63,760 nt of DNA, filler included, from 8 parts of 8 records of this genome joined end to end with filler, not necessarily neighbours in it; one strand, 5' to 3'; shown: positions 49,912 through 60,572, numbered from the whole stretch's first letter. Program-made: numbers and translations. Notes: generated by a model from the letters alone, not told the origin.

Positions 49912-51012
49912 ATGAACATGGAGCAGGACCGGGCGTTTGGCGCCGTCATCACCCGTCTTATTCAAAAGCAGGATCTGACACGAACCCAGGCAAAGGATGC
50001 CTTTGTCACCATTTTAACCGACAAGACCACCCCCATGCAGCAGGGTGCTTTCCTTGCGGCCCTGGCGGCCAAGGGGGAGACCGAGCACGAGGTGGCGGCC
50101 GGGTGGGAGGCCATTTACAACCTGGACACCTGCAAGGTCTCCGTAAAAACAGCCACGCCGGTGGTCGAGAATTCGGGCACGGGCATGGACACTTTCAAGA
50201 CCTTCAACATCAGCACGGCCGCGTCCCTCATTGCCGCGTCCCAGGGGATTCCCATGGCAAGGCACGGGGCAAGGGCCATCACCTCGCCCTGCGGAACCGT
50301 TGACATGGTCGAGGCCCTGGGCATCGATGTGGAGTGCGGCCCGGAGCTTGTCGCCCAAAGCATTGAAACTGCAGGCATCGGCCTTTTCAACGGAATGAGC
50401 CCCCAGGTACATCCCATGGCCCTCGGCAGGATTCTTTCCCAGATCAGTTTCGGTTCCACCTTGAACATCGCGGCGTCCCTTGCCAACCCGGCCCTGCCAA
50501 CGCTCGGGGTGCGGGGCGTTTATTCCCGGGAGATGGTCCTGCCCGTGGCCAGGGTGATGAAGGAGATCGGGTATGAGAGGGCCCTTGTGGTCCACGGCTC
50601 TGTTTTCGGGACCGATCTTGGCATGGACGAAGCCTCGGTGTGCGGCACCACCTTCTGCGCCGAGTTGTCCATGGATGGCGATATCCGGGAGTACAGTTTT
50701 GCGCCCGATGCTTTTGGCATGGGGGATTTCGATCCCAGGGAGCTGACCCCGGACGCGAGCTGCGACCGTGAGGCAAGGCGGTTTGTCAAACTTCTCCGGA
50801 CAGGGGCCGGGGGGGCCAGGGCCGAGGCCGCCATCCTCAATGCCGCCCTGATCTTTTACATTTCGGGCAGGGAGAAAACCATTGGCAAGGGGGTTGCCCG
50901 GGCTGCCAAGGCACTGAAGAGCGGTGCGGCCTTTGACTGCATGGAACGATGGGTGGGCACTCAGACCCAGGCGCCTGAAGCCGGCCTTGCAAAACTTCGA
51001 TCATTCATATAG
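49912..51012 (+). CDS. Divergent anthranilate phosphoribosyltransferase (TrpD)-like protein
   Basis: KGET..E, SGTGMD..KTFNISTAAS, RHGAR, DMVEALGI, ANPA, VHG...GMDE; GGGAGG RBS; no other trp genes adjacent. Confidence 0.85.
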   Translation: MNMEQDRAFGAVITRLIQKQDLTRTQAKDAFVTILTDKTTPMQQGAFLAALAAKGETEHEVAAGWEAIYNLDTCKVSVKTATPVVENSGTGMDTFKTFNISTAASLIAASQGIPMARHGARAITSPCGTVDMVEALGIDVECGPELVAQSIETAGIGLFNGMSPQVHPMALGRILSQISFGSTLNIAASLANPALPTLGVRGVYSREMVLPVARVMKEIGYERALVVHGSVFGTDLGMDEASVCGTTFCAELSMDGDIREYSFAPDAFGMGDFDPRELTPDASCDREARRFVKLLRTGAGGARAEAAILNAALIFYISGREKTIGKGVARAAKALKSGAAFDCMERWVGTQTQAPEAGLAKLRSFI

Positions 51013-51021
51013 GGGGCGGCA

Positions 51022-51237
51022 ATGGAGACGACACTTTTGATCATCAAGAACCATGACCGGTATATTCGGGTCAGCCGGGTCAGGGAGGATGAATACCAGG
51101 AGTGCAACCTGGACAAGGCAAGCGTATTTCCCATGGAAAAACTGGATGAGGTGAAACGCCATGTGGCCGCCATGAAGGAAAACGGGTTTGAACGGCCTGT
51201 CATGGCAAAGTTGATTTTACGGGAAGAGCCGTTTTAA
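51022..51237 (+). CDS. Small hypothetical protein (71 aa) in the riboswitch operon
   Basis: 9 bp after the trpD-like stop, GGGGG RBS, globular-looking composition. Confidence 0.65.
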   Translation: METTLLIIKNHDRYIRVSRVREDEYQECNLDKASVFPMEKLDEVKRHVAAMKENGFERPVMAKLILREEPF

Positions 51238-51328
51238 GCGTTATCGCCCATTGCACAGGCAAAGGAGCAATTGGAGCGCAACGGTCTCAAGCGTTACGTT
51301 TTTGAGAGACGCGCAGGAGGGGAATAAG

Positions 51329-51878
51329 ATGAAAAAATTGGTATTGACCGGGCTGAAACGTTTTTCCATGGACGAGGCCCCCCTGCCCGAACCCGGGCAG
51401 GGCGAAAAGCGGTTGCGGGTGCTGTTCTGCGCCGTTTGCAGGACCGACGCCAAGATGTGGAGCCAGGGTCATCGGGACCTTGTCTTCCCCAGGGTGATGG
51501 GCCATGAAGTGGTTGCGGAAGATGAGCAAGGCAAACGGTTCGTCATCTGGCCCGGCACCAGCTGCGGCCGGTGTTCCCATTGCGCGGCCGGCCGGGAGAA
51601 CCTCTGCGAATCCATGACCATCATGGGCTTTCACAATGACGGCGGGTTTGCCGGGTATGTGGTTGCCCCGGAGGCAAGCCTTGTGCCGGTGCCGGACAGC
51701 CTTTCCCCATGGATCGCCTGTTTTGCCGAGCCCGTGGGGTGTGTGCTCAATGCCGTGTCAAAGCTTGATCTTGAACCGGGTCAGCGGGTGTTGATTTACG
51801 GGGGCGGCACCGTGGGCCTGATCGCCGCCCTTGTGTGCAAGGACATGGGCGGCGATGTCTGTATCATCGAAAAGAGCG
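51329..51878 (+). CDS. Zn-dependent medium-chain dehydrogenase (threonine/iditol DH-like), 3'-truncated
   Basis: CRTD, GHE, structural Zn site CGRCSHC...ENLC, EP, GGGTVG; GGAGG RBS. Confidence 0.88.
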
Positions 51879-51978
51879 NNNNNNNNNNNNNNNNNNNNNN
51901 NNNNNNNNNNNNNNNNNNNNNNTTAATTAATTAANNNNNNNNNNNNNNNNNNNNNNNNNNNNNNNNNNNNNNNNNNNN
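51879..51978. other. Artificial contig linker
   Basis: N-run/TTAATTAATTAA/N-run. Confidence 0.99.
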
Positions 51979-53841
51979 ATTCAGGGCCAGCAGGTTGGTC
52001 TGAAAAGCAATTTCGTCGATCGTCTTGATAATCTTTCCGATTTCCTGGCCGGCGCTGGAAATTTCTTCCATGGAATTGGTCATCTGGTTCATGGAGTCAC
52101 CGGCCCGTGACATGGTGTTTCTGGCTTCATCCATAAGAGAGTTGGCCTGCGATGCATTATCCGCGTTCTGTTTGGTCATGGATGACATCTCTTCAAGGGA
52201 TGAAGAGGTTTCTTCCAGGGCGGCCGCATTCTCACTGGCGCCCTCGGCCAGTGACTGGCTGGCTGAAGACACCTGGGCGGAGGCGGAGGCTACTTGTTCC
52301 GCACCGCTGCTCATTTGCGTGGAAATGGCTTGCAGCAACTTTGAGATGCCCCGGGCAATGAAAAAGGCAAACAAGATACCCAAGACAACGGCCACGGCTC
52401 CGACTACGGTAACATTACGCTTGGTTCCCTGGGCGGCGTCAAGCATCACCACGTCGGTCATTATGTTGTTTTTAGCTTTTTTACGGATTTCCGTAAGCAG
52501 GCCCTGAACTTTTTTCAGGTTTTCCTTTGTGTCCTTTGCATAAATCCGATTGGCCTCATTGAATCCTTTCTGAAGAGCTTCCTCAGCCTCTATTGCCTCG
52601 CCGATATGTTTTTTCACCTGCTCCAATGCCGGAAGGGTTTTGGACTCAAACAGGTTCAAGGCTTTCTGCATTTCGAATTCATTAACCGCTTTCTCGATTT
52701 CCACGGCTGACTGGTGTAGGTGATTGTGCGGTTCAATCACCGTTTCCATGGCTGTTTTGAATTCAGGGAAGGTCTTCATCAACTCGGCTGTTTCCTTCGA
52801 AGCCAGGAATTTACCGAATGCACACTTGGTCGGGTCCAGTTGCACGTTTAGCGAGAAGGGCACGCCTTTATCAAGGTTTTCCGCACGGGTGATGAGCGCC
52901 TTGTTATGTTCATCCAGAAACACGCCGGTTCCGATGATCCAGTTCCAGGGTTTATAAAGCTTGACATACGTATATTTGGGGACAGGCTTTTCGCTCCCAA
53001 TCTTCGGCCAATAATAAATCAGGTAGCCTTCGCCATGGTTTTTAGCCAGTTTTGCCAATTCCTGAAAAAGCATCTTTCCCTTCGTGTCGGCTGTATCCGC
53101 CATATTCTTGCCGATCATGTCCTTGTTTGGATGAACTATCATTGTATGGGATGTATCCATAACAAAGACGTAATCTTTCATGTCCGCTCCAAAACGAATT
53201 CCGTTCAACATCGTTTTCGCGGTCAACTGTTTTTCACTCAGATCTGCGGCGACGCTGTTTTGGTCAATGCTTTCAACCGCGGTTAAGGCCTGGTTGACTG
53301 CGTCGCGAACCTGCACCCGATAGGTTGGGATGCCTCCTACCTCCATGGCCAAGCCCTTGTTTGCGGCTGCCGCCCATTGGAGATGATCGTTTAGCCGGTT
53401 AGCCAGGGTTAGGGTCAGGCCAGGGTGGGGTTGGGTGTATGATTCACTTATTTTTATCGCAGACTCATGAAGGTGGTTGTGCGGGGCTTCGATTTCTTTG
53501 AGTAGAGGCGTTAAACTGGGCACAAGCGCCTCGGCCTGGCGCCTGCCCTCTCCATAATACCATTGTCCGAAGCCGCACTTGTGGGCGTCTGTTTGAACAT
53601 CTAACTTGGTTACATGGTCATCTGTCAGCAAGGCATTGACACTATTGACCCAATTGAGGTGGTCCACTTCTTTTTGGGCTAATACTCCGTCAAGCTTGTT
53701 TCCGTCAATAACTTCCGAGGCGTTACCAACGATCCCGCCCACTCCAGTGTAACTCAGGATTCCGGTCAGGCTCAACAGGACCAGGACCAGTCCAAAGCCC
53801 ACCGCGATTCTCTTGCCAATTGTCAAATTTTTCCAATTCAT
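51979..53841 (-). CDS. Methyl-accepting chemotaxis protein with CZB and Cache sensor domains, 3'-truncated
   Basis: TM1, CZB (DHLNW, CGFGQW, HNHLH), Cache, second CZB motifs, TM2, IDEIAFQTNLLALN. Confidence 0.92.
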
Positions 53842-53869
53842 TTTTTTCTCCCATCTAAAATTAAATTTT

Positions 53870-54334
53870 TTATTTGGTAATTCCGAGAAGAGACATGTAC
53901 CTTTCAGGCGTGTCCATCCCTATGGATATATGGCTGTCCGGTGCAGGCTCATTCGTTTTCTTTTTGGCCAGAATTCCTTTTATCAGAAGGCCGGCCTCCT
54001 TAAGGTCGTCATCATTATCAATAATCAGGCGGGGCCGAAGTCTGTAACTTCTTCTCTTCATAGATGGCGTCTCCGACTTTAAGAAGAGAATCAGGTCGAC
54101 TCGCTGGAGTAGTGAGGCCAGCATTTTAAAATCGCATAGTTCACCCTCATTGACGATAACTAGGATGACAAGCGGATCGTCGGCCAGGTGATTGTATATG
54201 GAATCCGTTAAGCCTTTTACTGTGTCCAGGCGGATAAGGTTTGATTGATCGCCGACAACAACCGTTTCCCTCATTAACTCGATCAGAGGCTCGATCGCTT
54301 CCGATGAAAATATGATCACTTTTCTGTCATGCAT
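53870..54334 (-). CDS. Hypothetical protein upstream of the MCP (degenerate receiver-like?)
   Basis: 154-aa alpha/beta-patterned ORF with GGAG RBS, between the sigma54 promoter and the MCP. Confidence 0.5.
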   Translation of the reverse strand: MHDRKVIIFSSEAIEPLIELMRETVVVGDQSNLIRLDTVKGLTDSIYNHLADDPLVILVIVNEGELCDFKMLASLLQRVDLILFLKSETPSMKRRSYRLRPRLIIDNDDDLKEAGLLIKGILAKKKTNEPAPDSHISIGMDTPERYMSLLGITK

Positions 54335-54376
54335 CTTCCGTCTCCCGTATGAATCACGAGCTTCTTGCTGCCTATA

Positions 54377-54393
54377 AGCAACCGATGTGCCAA
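54377..54393 (-). promoter_or_regulatory. sigma54 promoter for the hypothetical-MCP operon
   Basis: Minus strand TTGGCACATCGGTTGCT, matching consensus TGGCAC-N5-TTGC. Confidence 0.85.
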
Positions 54394-54465
54394 ATAGATT
54401 TTAAAATTAAATTGTGGTGAGATAACAGTAGTTTACGGTGAAATGTCGATAGGGGTGAAGCTGTT

Positions 54466-54535
54466 GGAGTATTGTTTGAGCGGCCGATATTATGGTCCGG
54501 CAATACTCCCGTATGGTTTGACCATACGGGAGTAT
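54466..54535. promoter_or_regulatory. Perfect 15-bp palindrome plus an extra GGAGTATTG half-site (enhancer UAS and/or terminator)
   Basis: ATACTCCCGTATGGT-TTG-ACCATACGGGAGTAT at 54503-54535; GGAGTATTG at 54466-54474. Confidence 0.55.
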
Positions 54536-54568
54536 ATTAAAAGCCCAGCCGGACTCGATCTAATATTC

Positions 54569-55975
54569 TCAATCTTCCTTTTTGGAAATACCGTATTTCC
54601 TGAGTAGCTCATAGAGACGGGGGCGTGACAGACCGGCTAATTCGGAGGCGGCATTGATGTCGAAATTGGTTTTATTCATCAGTGTCCGAAGATAGTCGGC
54701 TTCAAACTTTGCCAGCATTTCATCCCGGGCCGCTTTTAGATCGGGCAGGGCGCTATCCGAGGCTGGCGTCGGAGCAGTTGGGGACCTTGCTTCCTGACTT
54801 AATGAATCAACCATAGCTTTAAACCTGATGCGAGGCGGGAGATCAAAAGGAAATAAAGTAGGCCTGTCTCCTATGGATAACACTGCCTGGTCAATGACAT
54901 TATAAAGCTCGCGAATGTTGCCCGGCCATTCATAGGCTTGTAAGGCGCCCAGGAATTCCATTGTGAAACCTTTCCGCTCCATATTTTTTTGCAGGCTGAA
55001 TTGGGAAAGGTGATGGCAGGTCAATAATTCGATATCATTTCCCCGCTCGCGTAAGGGCGGCAGGTTGATCGTCAGGGCATTCAATCGATATAGCAGGTCT
55101 GCTCGAAATCCGCCGTTTTGGGTCATACTGGTCAGATCTCTGTTTGTGGCGCATATAACCCTGAAGTCGCTTTGTATGTCCTTGGAGCCGCCGACGCGTT
55201 TGAAGGTGTGCTCCTGCAGCACCCTGAGAAACGACTTTTGAATGTTTAGTGGAAGTTCTCCAATCTCATCCAGGAATAGAGTCCCTCCGTCGGCCGATTT
55301 GATCAAACCGTCGCTTTGTTTATTGGCCCCGGTAAAGGCGCCGGCCTCGTGGCCGAATAGGACGCTTTCAACAAGATTTTCAGGAAGAGCGGCGCAGTCG
55401 ACAACAACAAAGTTGTTATCGCACCTTTGGCTGTTTGTGTGAATAGCCCAGGCAAAGAGTTCCTTTCCGGTGCCGGTCTCACCGGTGATGCATACAGGTA
55501 CATCGCCTGTTGAAGCTTGGGCGACCATGTCCAAACATTTATTTATGGAATTCGATTCGCCTATTATTCCCTCTCTCTTTAACGAGACAGCTGTTTTAGA
55601 TTTTTTTAGCTCCGAACGATATTGCAGAGCCCTGTTTAAGGGAAGGACCATATCATCAATCGATGAACCTTTTTCAACGTAATCCCAGGCGCCGCTTTCT
55701 ATGGCCAACCTGGCCCCACTGACCTCGGCCTGGCCGGTTATGATAATAACTTCCGGCTCATACGATTTCTCTCTAAGGGTTTCCAGTGCGGACAAGCCGC
55801 TGCCGTCCGGCAAGCCTACATCAAGAAATATCACGTCATAACATTCATTTTGGGCGGCCTGCATGCCGTCAACAAGCCGCTGAAAGTGTTCAACATTATG
55901 ACCAAGCCTGGAAATAGCTTTTGACAATAATTCACATAGAGCCAGGTTGTCGTCAATTATCAGGATAGAAGCCAT
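54569..55975 (-). CDS. sigma54-dependent response regulator (NtrC family)
   Basis: REC; GETGTGKE, GAFTGA, LFLDEIGE, WPGNIREL; Fis HTH. Confidence 0.96.
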   Translation of the reverse strand: MASILIIDDNLALCELLSKAISRLGHNVEHFQRLVDGMQAAQNECYDVIFLDVGLPDGSGLSALETLREKSYEPEVIIITGQAEVSGARLAIESGAWDYVEKGSSIDDMVLPLNRALQYRSELKKSKTAVSLKREGIIGESNSINKCLDMVAQASTGDVPVCITGETGTGKELFAWAIHTNSQRCDNNFVVVDCAALPENLVESVLFGHEAGAFTGANKQSDGLIKSADGGTLFLDEIGELPLNIQKSFLRVLQEHTFKRVGGSKDIQSDFRVICATNRDLTSMTQNGGFRADLLYRLNALTINLPPLRERGNDIELLTCHHLSQFSLQKNMERKGFTMEFLGALQAYEWPGNIRELYNVIDQAVLSIGDRPTLFPFDLPPRIRFKAMVDSLSQEARSPTAPTPASDSALPDLKAARDEMLAKFEADYLRTLMNKTNFDINAASELAGLSRPRLYELLRKYGISKKED

Positions 55976-56017
55976 GATTCGCCCCCATTACTCATAGTCG
56001 AATATGAGATTATAACA

Positions 56018-58493
56018 TCAATTTGACTCCATTGCCTTTCTGACGGCCTTGGCAAGGTCGCGGAAAATGACCGGTTTCATAAGAAATTGCTTGAAACCGA
56101 TGGCTTCGGCCCTTTCCTTGTCTATTTGTTCACTGAAGCCGGTGCAAAGAATAATCGGCAACGCTGGATTTATTTTCATTATTGCCTCACCAAGTTGCGT
56201 TCCGGTCATCTGAGGCATATTCTGATCCGTGATTACCAAGTCAAATTGGTTCGGATTGTTTTTAATCAGATCGAGTGCATCAATCGGGCTATTTTGAGGA
56301 GTAACATTGTATCCAAGCTTAACGAGCATTTTTTGCAGCATGTCCCCAAGGACCTTTTCATCGTCAATAACAAGAATGTTTTCCATTCCTTTTTCCAGGG
56401 ACTCGATGCGCGGCGCTTCCTTGGCTGCTGTTTGCAGTAATACAGGCAGGTAAATTTCAAAAGCTGATCCAAGACCTGGAGTGCTTTGGACCGTTATTTC
56501 TCCGTCCATGCTTTTTACTATGCCGTGGACGACGGATAAACCGAGGCCTGTGCCTTCTTCACGGCTTTTTGTTGTGTAAAACGGATCGAATATTTTATTT
56601 ACAGTTGCCTGTTCCATGCCCAAGCCTGTATCACTGACCGAAAGTAGCAAATAGCCCGGGGCGTTTGAACCGGCGCTGATTTTTGTCGGCTTATCATCCT
56701 TTTTTTGTAAGGTCAGGCTGACTTTTATGGTCCCGCTTTTGTCGCCAATGGCATGGGCGGCATTAGTGCATAGATTTATGATTATTTGATTTATTTGTGT
56801 GGGATCGGCAAAAACCGTAACCGGTTCAGGAATGATATCTTGAATCAGTTCTATGTAGGTTGGAATTGAGGCTCTGAGAAATTTTATCGATTCCTTGATT
56901 ATGGGTTGAATTTCTATCGGCCTTCGGTTTTCTTCGGATGGGCGGCTAAAGGCGAGTATTTGATTAACCAATCCCTTGGCTCTCACGCCCGCCTTTAGTA
57001 CTTCCGACAGATATTGATATTCTTCGGAATCTTCAGTAATTGAATGCAATGTAAGTTCGGTATACCCTGTCATCGCGGCCAGAATGTTGTTAAAGTCGTG
57101 AGCAATGCCTCCGGCCAGGGCGCCTATGGCTTCCATCTTTTGAGTTTGTTGAAGATGTGATTCCAGTTTCTTTTTTTCTTCTTCTGCAGATTTGCGATCG
57201 GTAATTTCCCGATTGCTTCCTCTTGTGCCTAAATTGAGCCCCCCTTCAAGAACTTGATGGCATACATGTTCAACCCACCGTGTCTTACCTTCCTTATCTA
57301 TGATTCTGAATTCTACTTTGCCCGACTTGCCTTTCTTGGCTTCATCATCAAGGTGAAACTGAAAGAGTTGTTTGTCATCCGGGTGGACAATATCCATCAA
57401 CCTATTGACATCGGAGAAATATGAAGGCGGGCGGCCGGTGATTCGTTCGCAAGAAGGCGAACAATAAATAAACCGGCTGTCAGGATCAATCCAGAATTCC
57501 CAATCAAAGGTATTGTCGGCCACGGTCCTGTATCGTTTTTCACTCTCTCGCAGTTGATCCTGATATTTGGCATAGGAAAGAGCCACTGCGGCCAGGTCGC
57601 CGAATGCCTTGGCGATTAAGGCGTCTCTTTCAGTAAAACCGCTTAATTTATTGGCCAGTCCAATAAGGCCGACAGTCTTTTCATCAATATTCAAAGGGGC
57701 GAACAGGACATTATCAAGCGTCGCGTGTCCGGGCGGCATGTATTCCATCCATTGACTGCCGGTAAAATCATTATCATAAGCAACAGTTTTGGTTCTATAG
57801 GCTGTTTCCCGCAATCCCCGGATAGGCATTGGCAGCGCCGGATCAACATCACAGGGCAGTCCGCCGGCATCCAGGAACAAAACCTCGTTTTCCTCGCCAT
57901 CTTCCGAAAGCAGAGCGACATAACCTGCTCCGGCGCCAATAATTTCTTTACATATATTAAAAATAGTAAGGGCTGCATCATCGAAGTTTTTGCTTAATGG
58001 AATAGCCTGGGATGCTTTAAGCAGGGCGGATATTTCTTTCCGGCGAAGCCTGGTTTCTTCAAGAGCCGCTTGCTGGTTATTTTCCGCCTGCTTTAGCTTT
58101 GTGATATCCACCCCGATTGCCCAGGTGTACCAGCCGGGGATCGGGAATCTGCCGGAAACATTGAACCAATTTATGGTTCTTTCCGTGCCGTTCTTACACG
58201 TAAGTTTATATTCCTTGTTACGGAAATCAAATCCCAGGTCCATCAGTTCGGAAATCATTCCCTCTCTATATTCCTGGTCAGGATATAGCAATTCAAGGGC
58301 GTGTGGATTCCCTACCATTTCTGCAGCGCTATAGCCGGTTACACGTTCACATTCCCGGTTCCATACAATGAAATGATTGTTTTCATCCAAGGCGTCCATC
58401 ATTACCGGCATGTTCTCTACAACCCGTCGCAGGCGTTCCTCGCTCTCCTTTAGCTCCCTTTCGGCTTGTTTTTCTTCCGAAATGTCGCGAGCC
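56018..58493 (-). CDS. Hybrid sensor histidine kinase PAS-GAF-PAS-HisKA-HATPase-REC (5'-truncated)
   Basis: AGGIAHDFNNIL, NLCTNA, DTGLG, GTGLGL, C-terminal LVITDQNMP. Confidence 0.95.
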
Positions 58494-58593
58494 NNNNNNN
58501 NNNNNNNNNNNNNNNNNNNNNNNNNNNNNNNNNNNNNTTAATTAATTAANNNNNNNNNNNNNNNNNNNNNNNNNNNNNNNNNNNNNNNNNNNN
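58494..58593. other. Artificial contig linker
   Basis: N-run/TTAATTAATTAA/N-run. Confidence 0.99.
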
Positions 58594-58677
58594 CTAAACG
58601 CTAATGGCTAACCGCACAGGTTGATATTTTTCGGGCCGTAAGGCTTGCGTCATGCACATGGCGACTACATGATTTTG

Positions 58678-58706
58678 TTGACAAATTGCTGATAGAAAAA
58701 GATACT
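58678..58706 (+). promoter_or_regulatory. Putative sigma70 promoter of the acyl-CoA ligase
   Basis: TTGACA-N17-GATACT. Confidence 0.5.
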
Positions 58707-58829
58707 TGGAGAACAATATATGTAATGTCCGCCTTGATCCGCCCGGTACTCTGTAGCCTTCTCCGATTTTTTGGAATGATACGGAGGCGTGTTTTTTTTA
58801 ATATACACCTTATTTCGGAGGATTTCGCC

Positions 58830-60572
58830 ATGGCATTTGAACCTTGGGACACACCCTGCTGGCCCGAAGGGGTTCCCCGTGAGATCACGGGGTTTGAAAA
58901 ACCGATCTTTTCTCTTCTGGACCAATCCGCAAAAACCTATCCGGACAACACCTTCACCATTTTCAATGGTCGGTCCAAATCATACGCCCGTGTCAGGGAG
59001 ACCGTGGATCGGTTGGCCCATTTCCTGGCTGATCAGGGGATTCAAAAGGGGGATCGGGTGGCGATCTTTTTGCCCAACCTCCCCCATTTCCCCGAGATTT
59101 TCTTCGGTGTCCTGAAAGCGGGTGCCACCTGTGTCACCTGCAACCCCCTGTATACGGCGGCGGAGTTGCATTACCAGCTAAAGGATTCCGGTGCCAAGAT
59201 CCTTTTCTGCATGGATCATCCCCGGTTTTATCCCACGGTGGTGGAAGCCATGGGGAATACGGATGTGGCGCAGGTGGTCATCTGTAGCGTTAAATCGTAT
59301 CTGCCGCCGTTCATGGCCTTTATCGGCGGTTTGCTGGGGAAGATTCCCAAAGCTGAAAAGCATGAACCGGGTCATCTTCTCTTCGACCATGTGATCAAAC
59401 AATCTTTGCCCGAACCCCCTGATGTATTGATTTCCCCCACGGAAGACCTGGCCCTCATTCTGTACACCGGCGGCACCACGGGAAGGCCTAAAGGGGCGTG
59501 CCTGACCCACGCCAATTTTATGGCCAATGTGATGGCTCTCGATGATTGGGCACGTCTTCCTCAAGCGCCGGGGGGCAAACCGGAAAAGCTCAAGCGGGGC
59601 GAAAACCAGACCATTTTAGGGGTTCTTCCCTGGTATCATAGTTTTGGACTGACCTGCGCCATGCTTTTTTCATGTTCCCTGGGCGGCCGTCTCGTCTGCA
59701 TTCCGGACCCCAGGGCGGGAAAACCGCCTTTTACGGAAGTCCTGAAAGCCGTTCAGAAATACAAAGCGACTTTCATGTCGGCGGTACCCACCATCTTCGT
59801 GGCTTTCGTCAATCATCCCCGCATCGGAAATTATGACTTGAGTTCCTTTCTGGCTTGCGCTTCGGGCGGCGCGCCGTTGCCTCCGGAAGTCTGTCGGCAG
59901 TTTGAGGCGAAGACGGGTGCTGTTATTATTGAGGGGTATGGGCTCAGTGAAACGGCGCCCGTTGCCAGCTGCAATCCCACCAATGTGGAAACCCGGAAAA
60001 TAGGCAGCATCGGACTCCCGTTCCCGAGCACGGACATCAAGGTCCTGGATTTGGAGATGGGTGAAAAGGAGCTCCCCAGGGGAGAGGACGGAGAAATTGC
60101 CATTCACGGTGCCCAGGTCATGAGAGGGTATTGGAACAGAGCAAAGGAAACGGAGGCGGTCTTTCGGGATATTGACGGAAAGAGATATTTTCTCACCGGT
60201 GATATCGGGCATATCGACGAAGATGGATTTATCATCATCACGGACCGTAAGAAGGATCTCGTTCTTGTGGGCGGGTTCAATGTCTACCCAAGGGAAGTGG
60301 AAGATATTCTCTTTGAACATCCCCAAGTCTCCATGGCGGCGGTCATCGGCGTACCCGATGATCGGAGTGGTGAAGCCGTCAAGGCATTCATCCAGCTCAA
60401 ACCCGGGGAAAAGGCCACCGAGGATGATATCCTGGCCTATTGCAGGAAGAACATGGCCGGATACAAGCGCCCCAGGCTCATTGAGTTTCGGGAAGAACTC
60501 CCGGTATCCGCCGTGGGAAAAGTCCTGCGTCGCTTGCTGCGGGATGAGGCGTTGGACAAGGGGCGGAAATGA
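58830..60572 (+). CDS. fadD: Long-chain-fatty-acid--CoA ligase
   Basis: YTGGTTGRPKG, EGYGLSE, TGDIG, DRKKD, VGKVLRR; GGAGG RBS before ATG 58830. Confidence 0.92.
   Translation: MAFEPWDTPCWPEGVPREITGFEKPIFSLLDQSAKTYPDNTFTIFNGRSKSYARVRETVDRLAHFLADQGIQKGDRVAIFLPNLPHFPEIFFGVLKAGATCVTCNPLYTAAELHYQLKDSGAKILFCMDHPRFYPTVVEAMGNTDVAQVVICSVKSYLPPFMAFIGGLLGKIPKAEKHEPGHLLFDHVIKQSLPEPPDVLISPTEDLALILYTGGTTGRPKGACLTHANFMANVMALDDWARLPQAPGGKPEKLKRGENQTILGVLPWYHSFGLTCAMLFSCSLGGRLVCIPDPRAGKPPFTEVLKAVQKYKATFMSAVPTIFVAFVNHPRIGNYDLSSFLACASGGAPLPPEVCRQFEAKTGAVIIEGYGLSETAPVASCNPTNVETRKIGSIGLPFPSTDIKVLDLEMGEKELPRGEDGEIAIHGAQVMRGYWNRAKETEAVFRDIDGKRYFLTGDIGHIDEDGFIIITDRKKDLVLVGGFNVYPREVEDILFEHPQVSMAAVIGVPDDRSGEAVKAFIQLKPGEKATEDDILAYCRKNMAGYKRPRLIEFREELPVSAVGKVLRRLLRDEALDKGRK

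Noticed and set aside
49912-51012. Calling this gene canonical trpD of tryptophan biosynthesis
   Set aside because: Acceptor-site motifs are altered, there is no trp operon, and it follows a B12 riboswitch; symbol withheld.
9010-58593. Seven identical TTAATTAATTAA motifs in N-runs, and ORFs ending ...XXXLIN
   Set aside because: Artificial linkers with stops in all frames; not biological repeats. No functional linkage should be inferred across them.
58594-58615. Short heptamer-like run CTAAACG-CTAATGG-CTAACCG at the contig start
   Set aside because: Only three degenerate units, truncated by the contig edge; insufficient to call.
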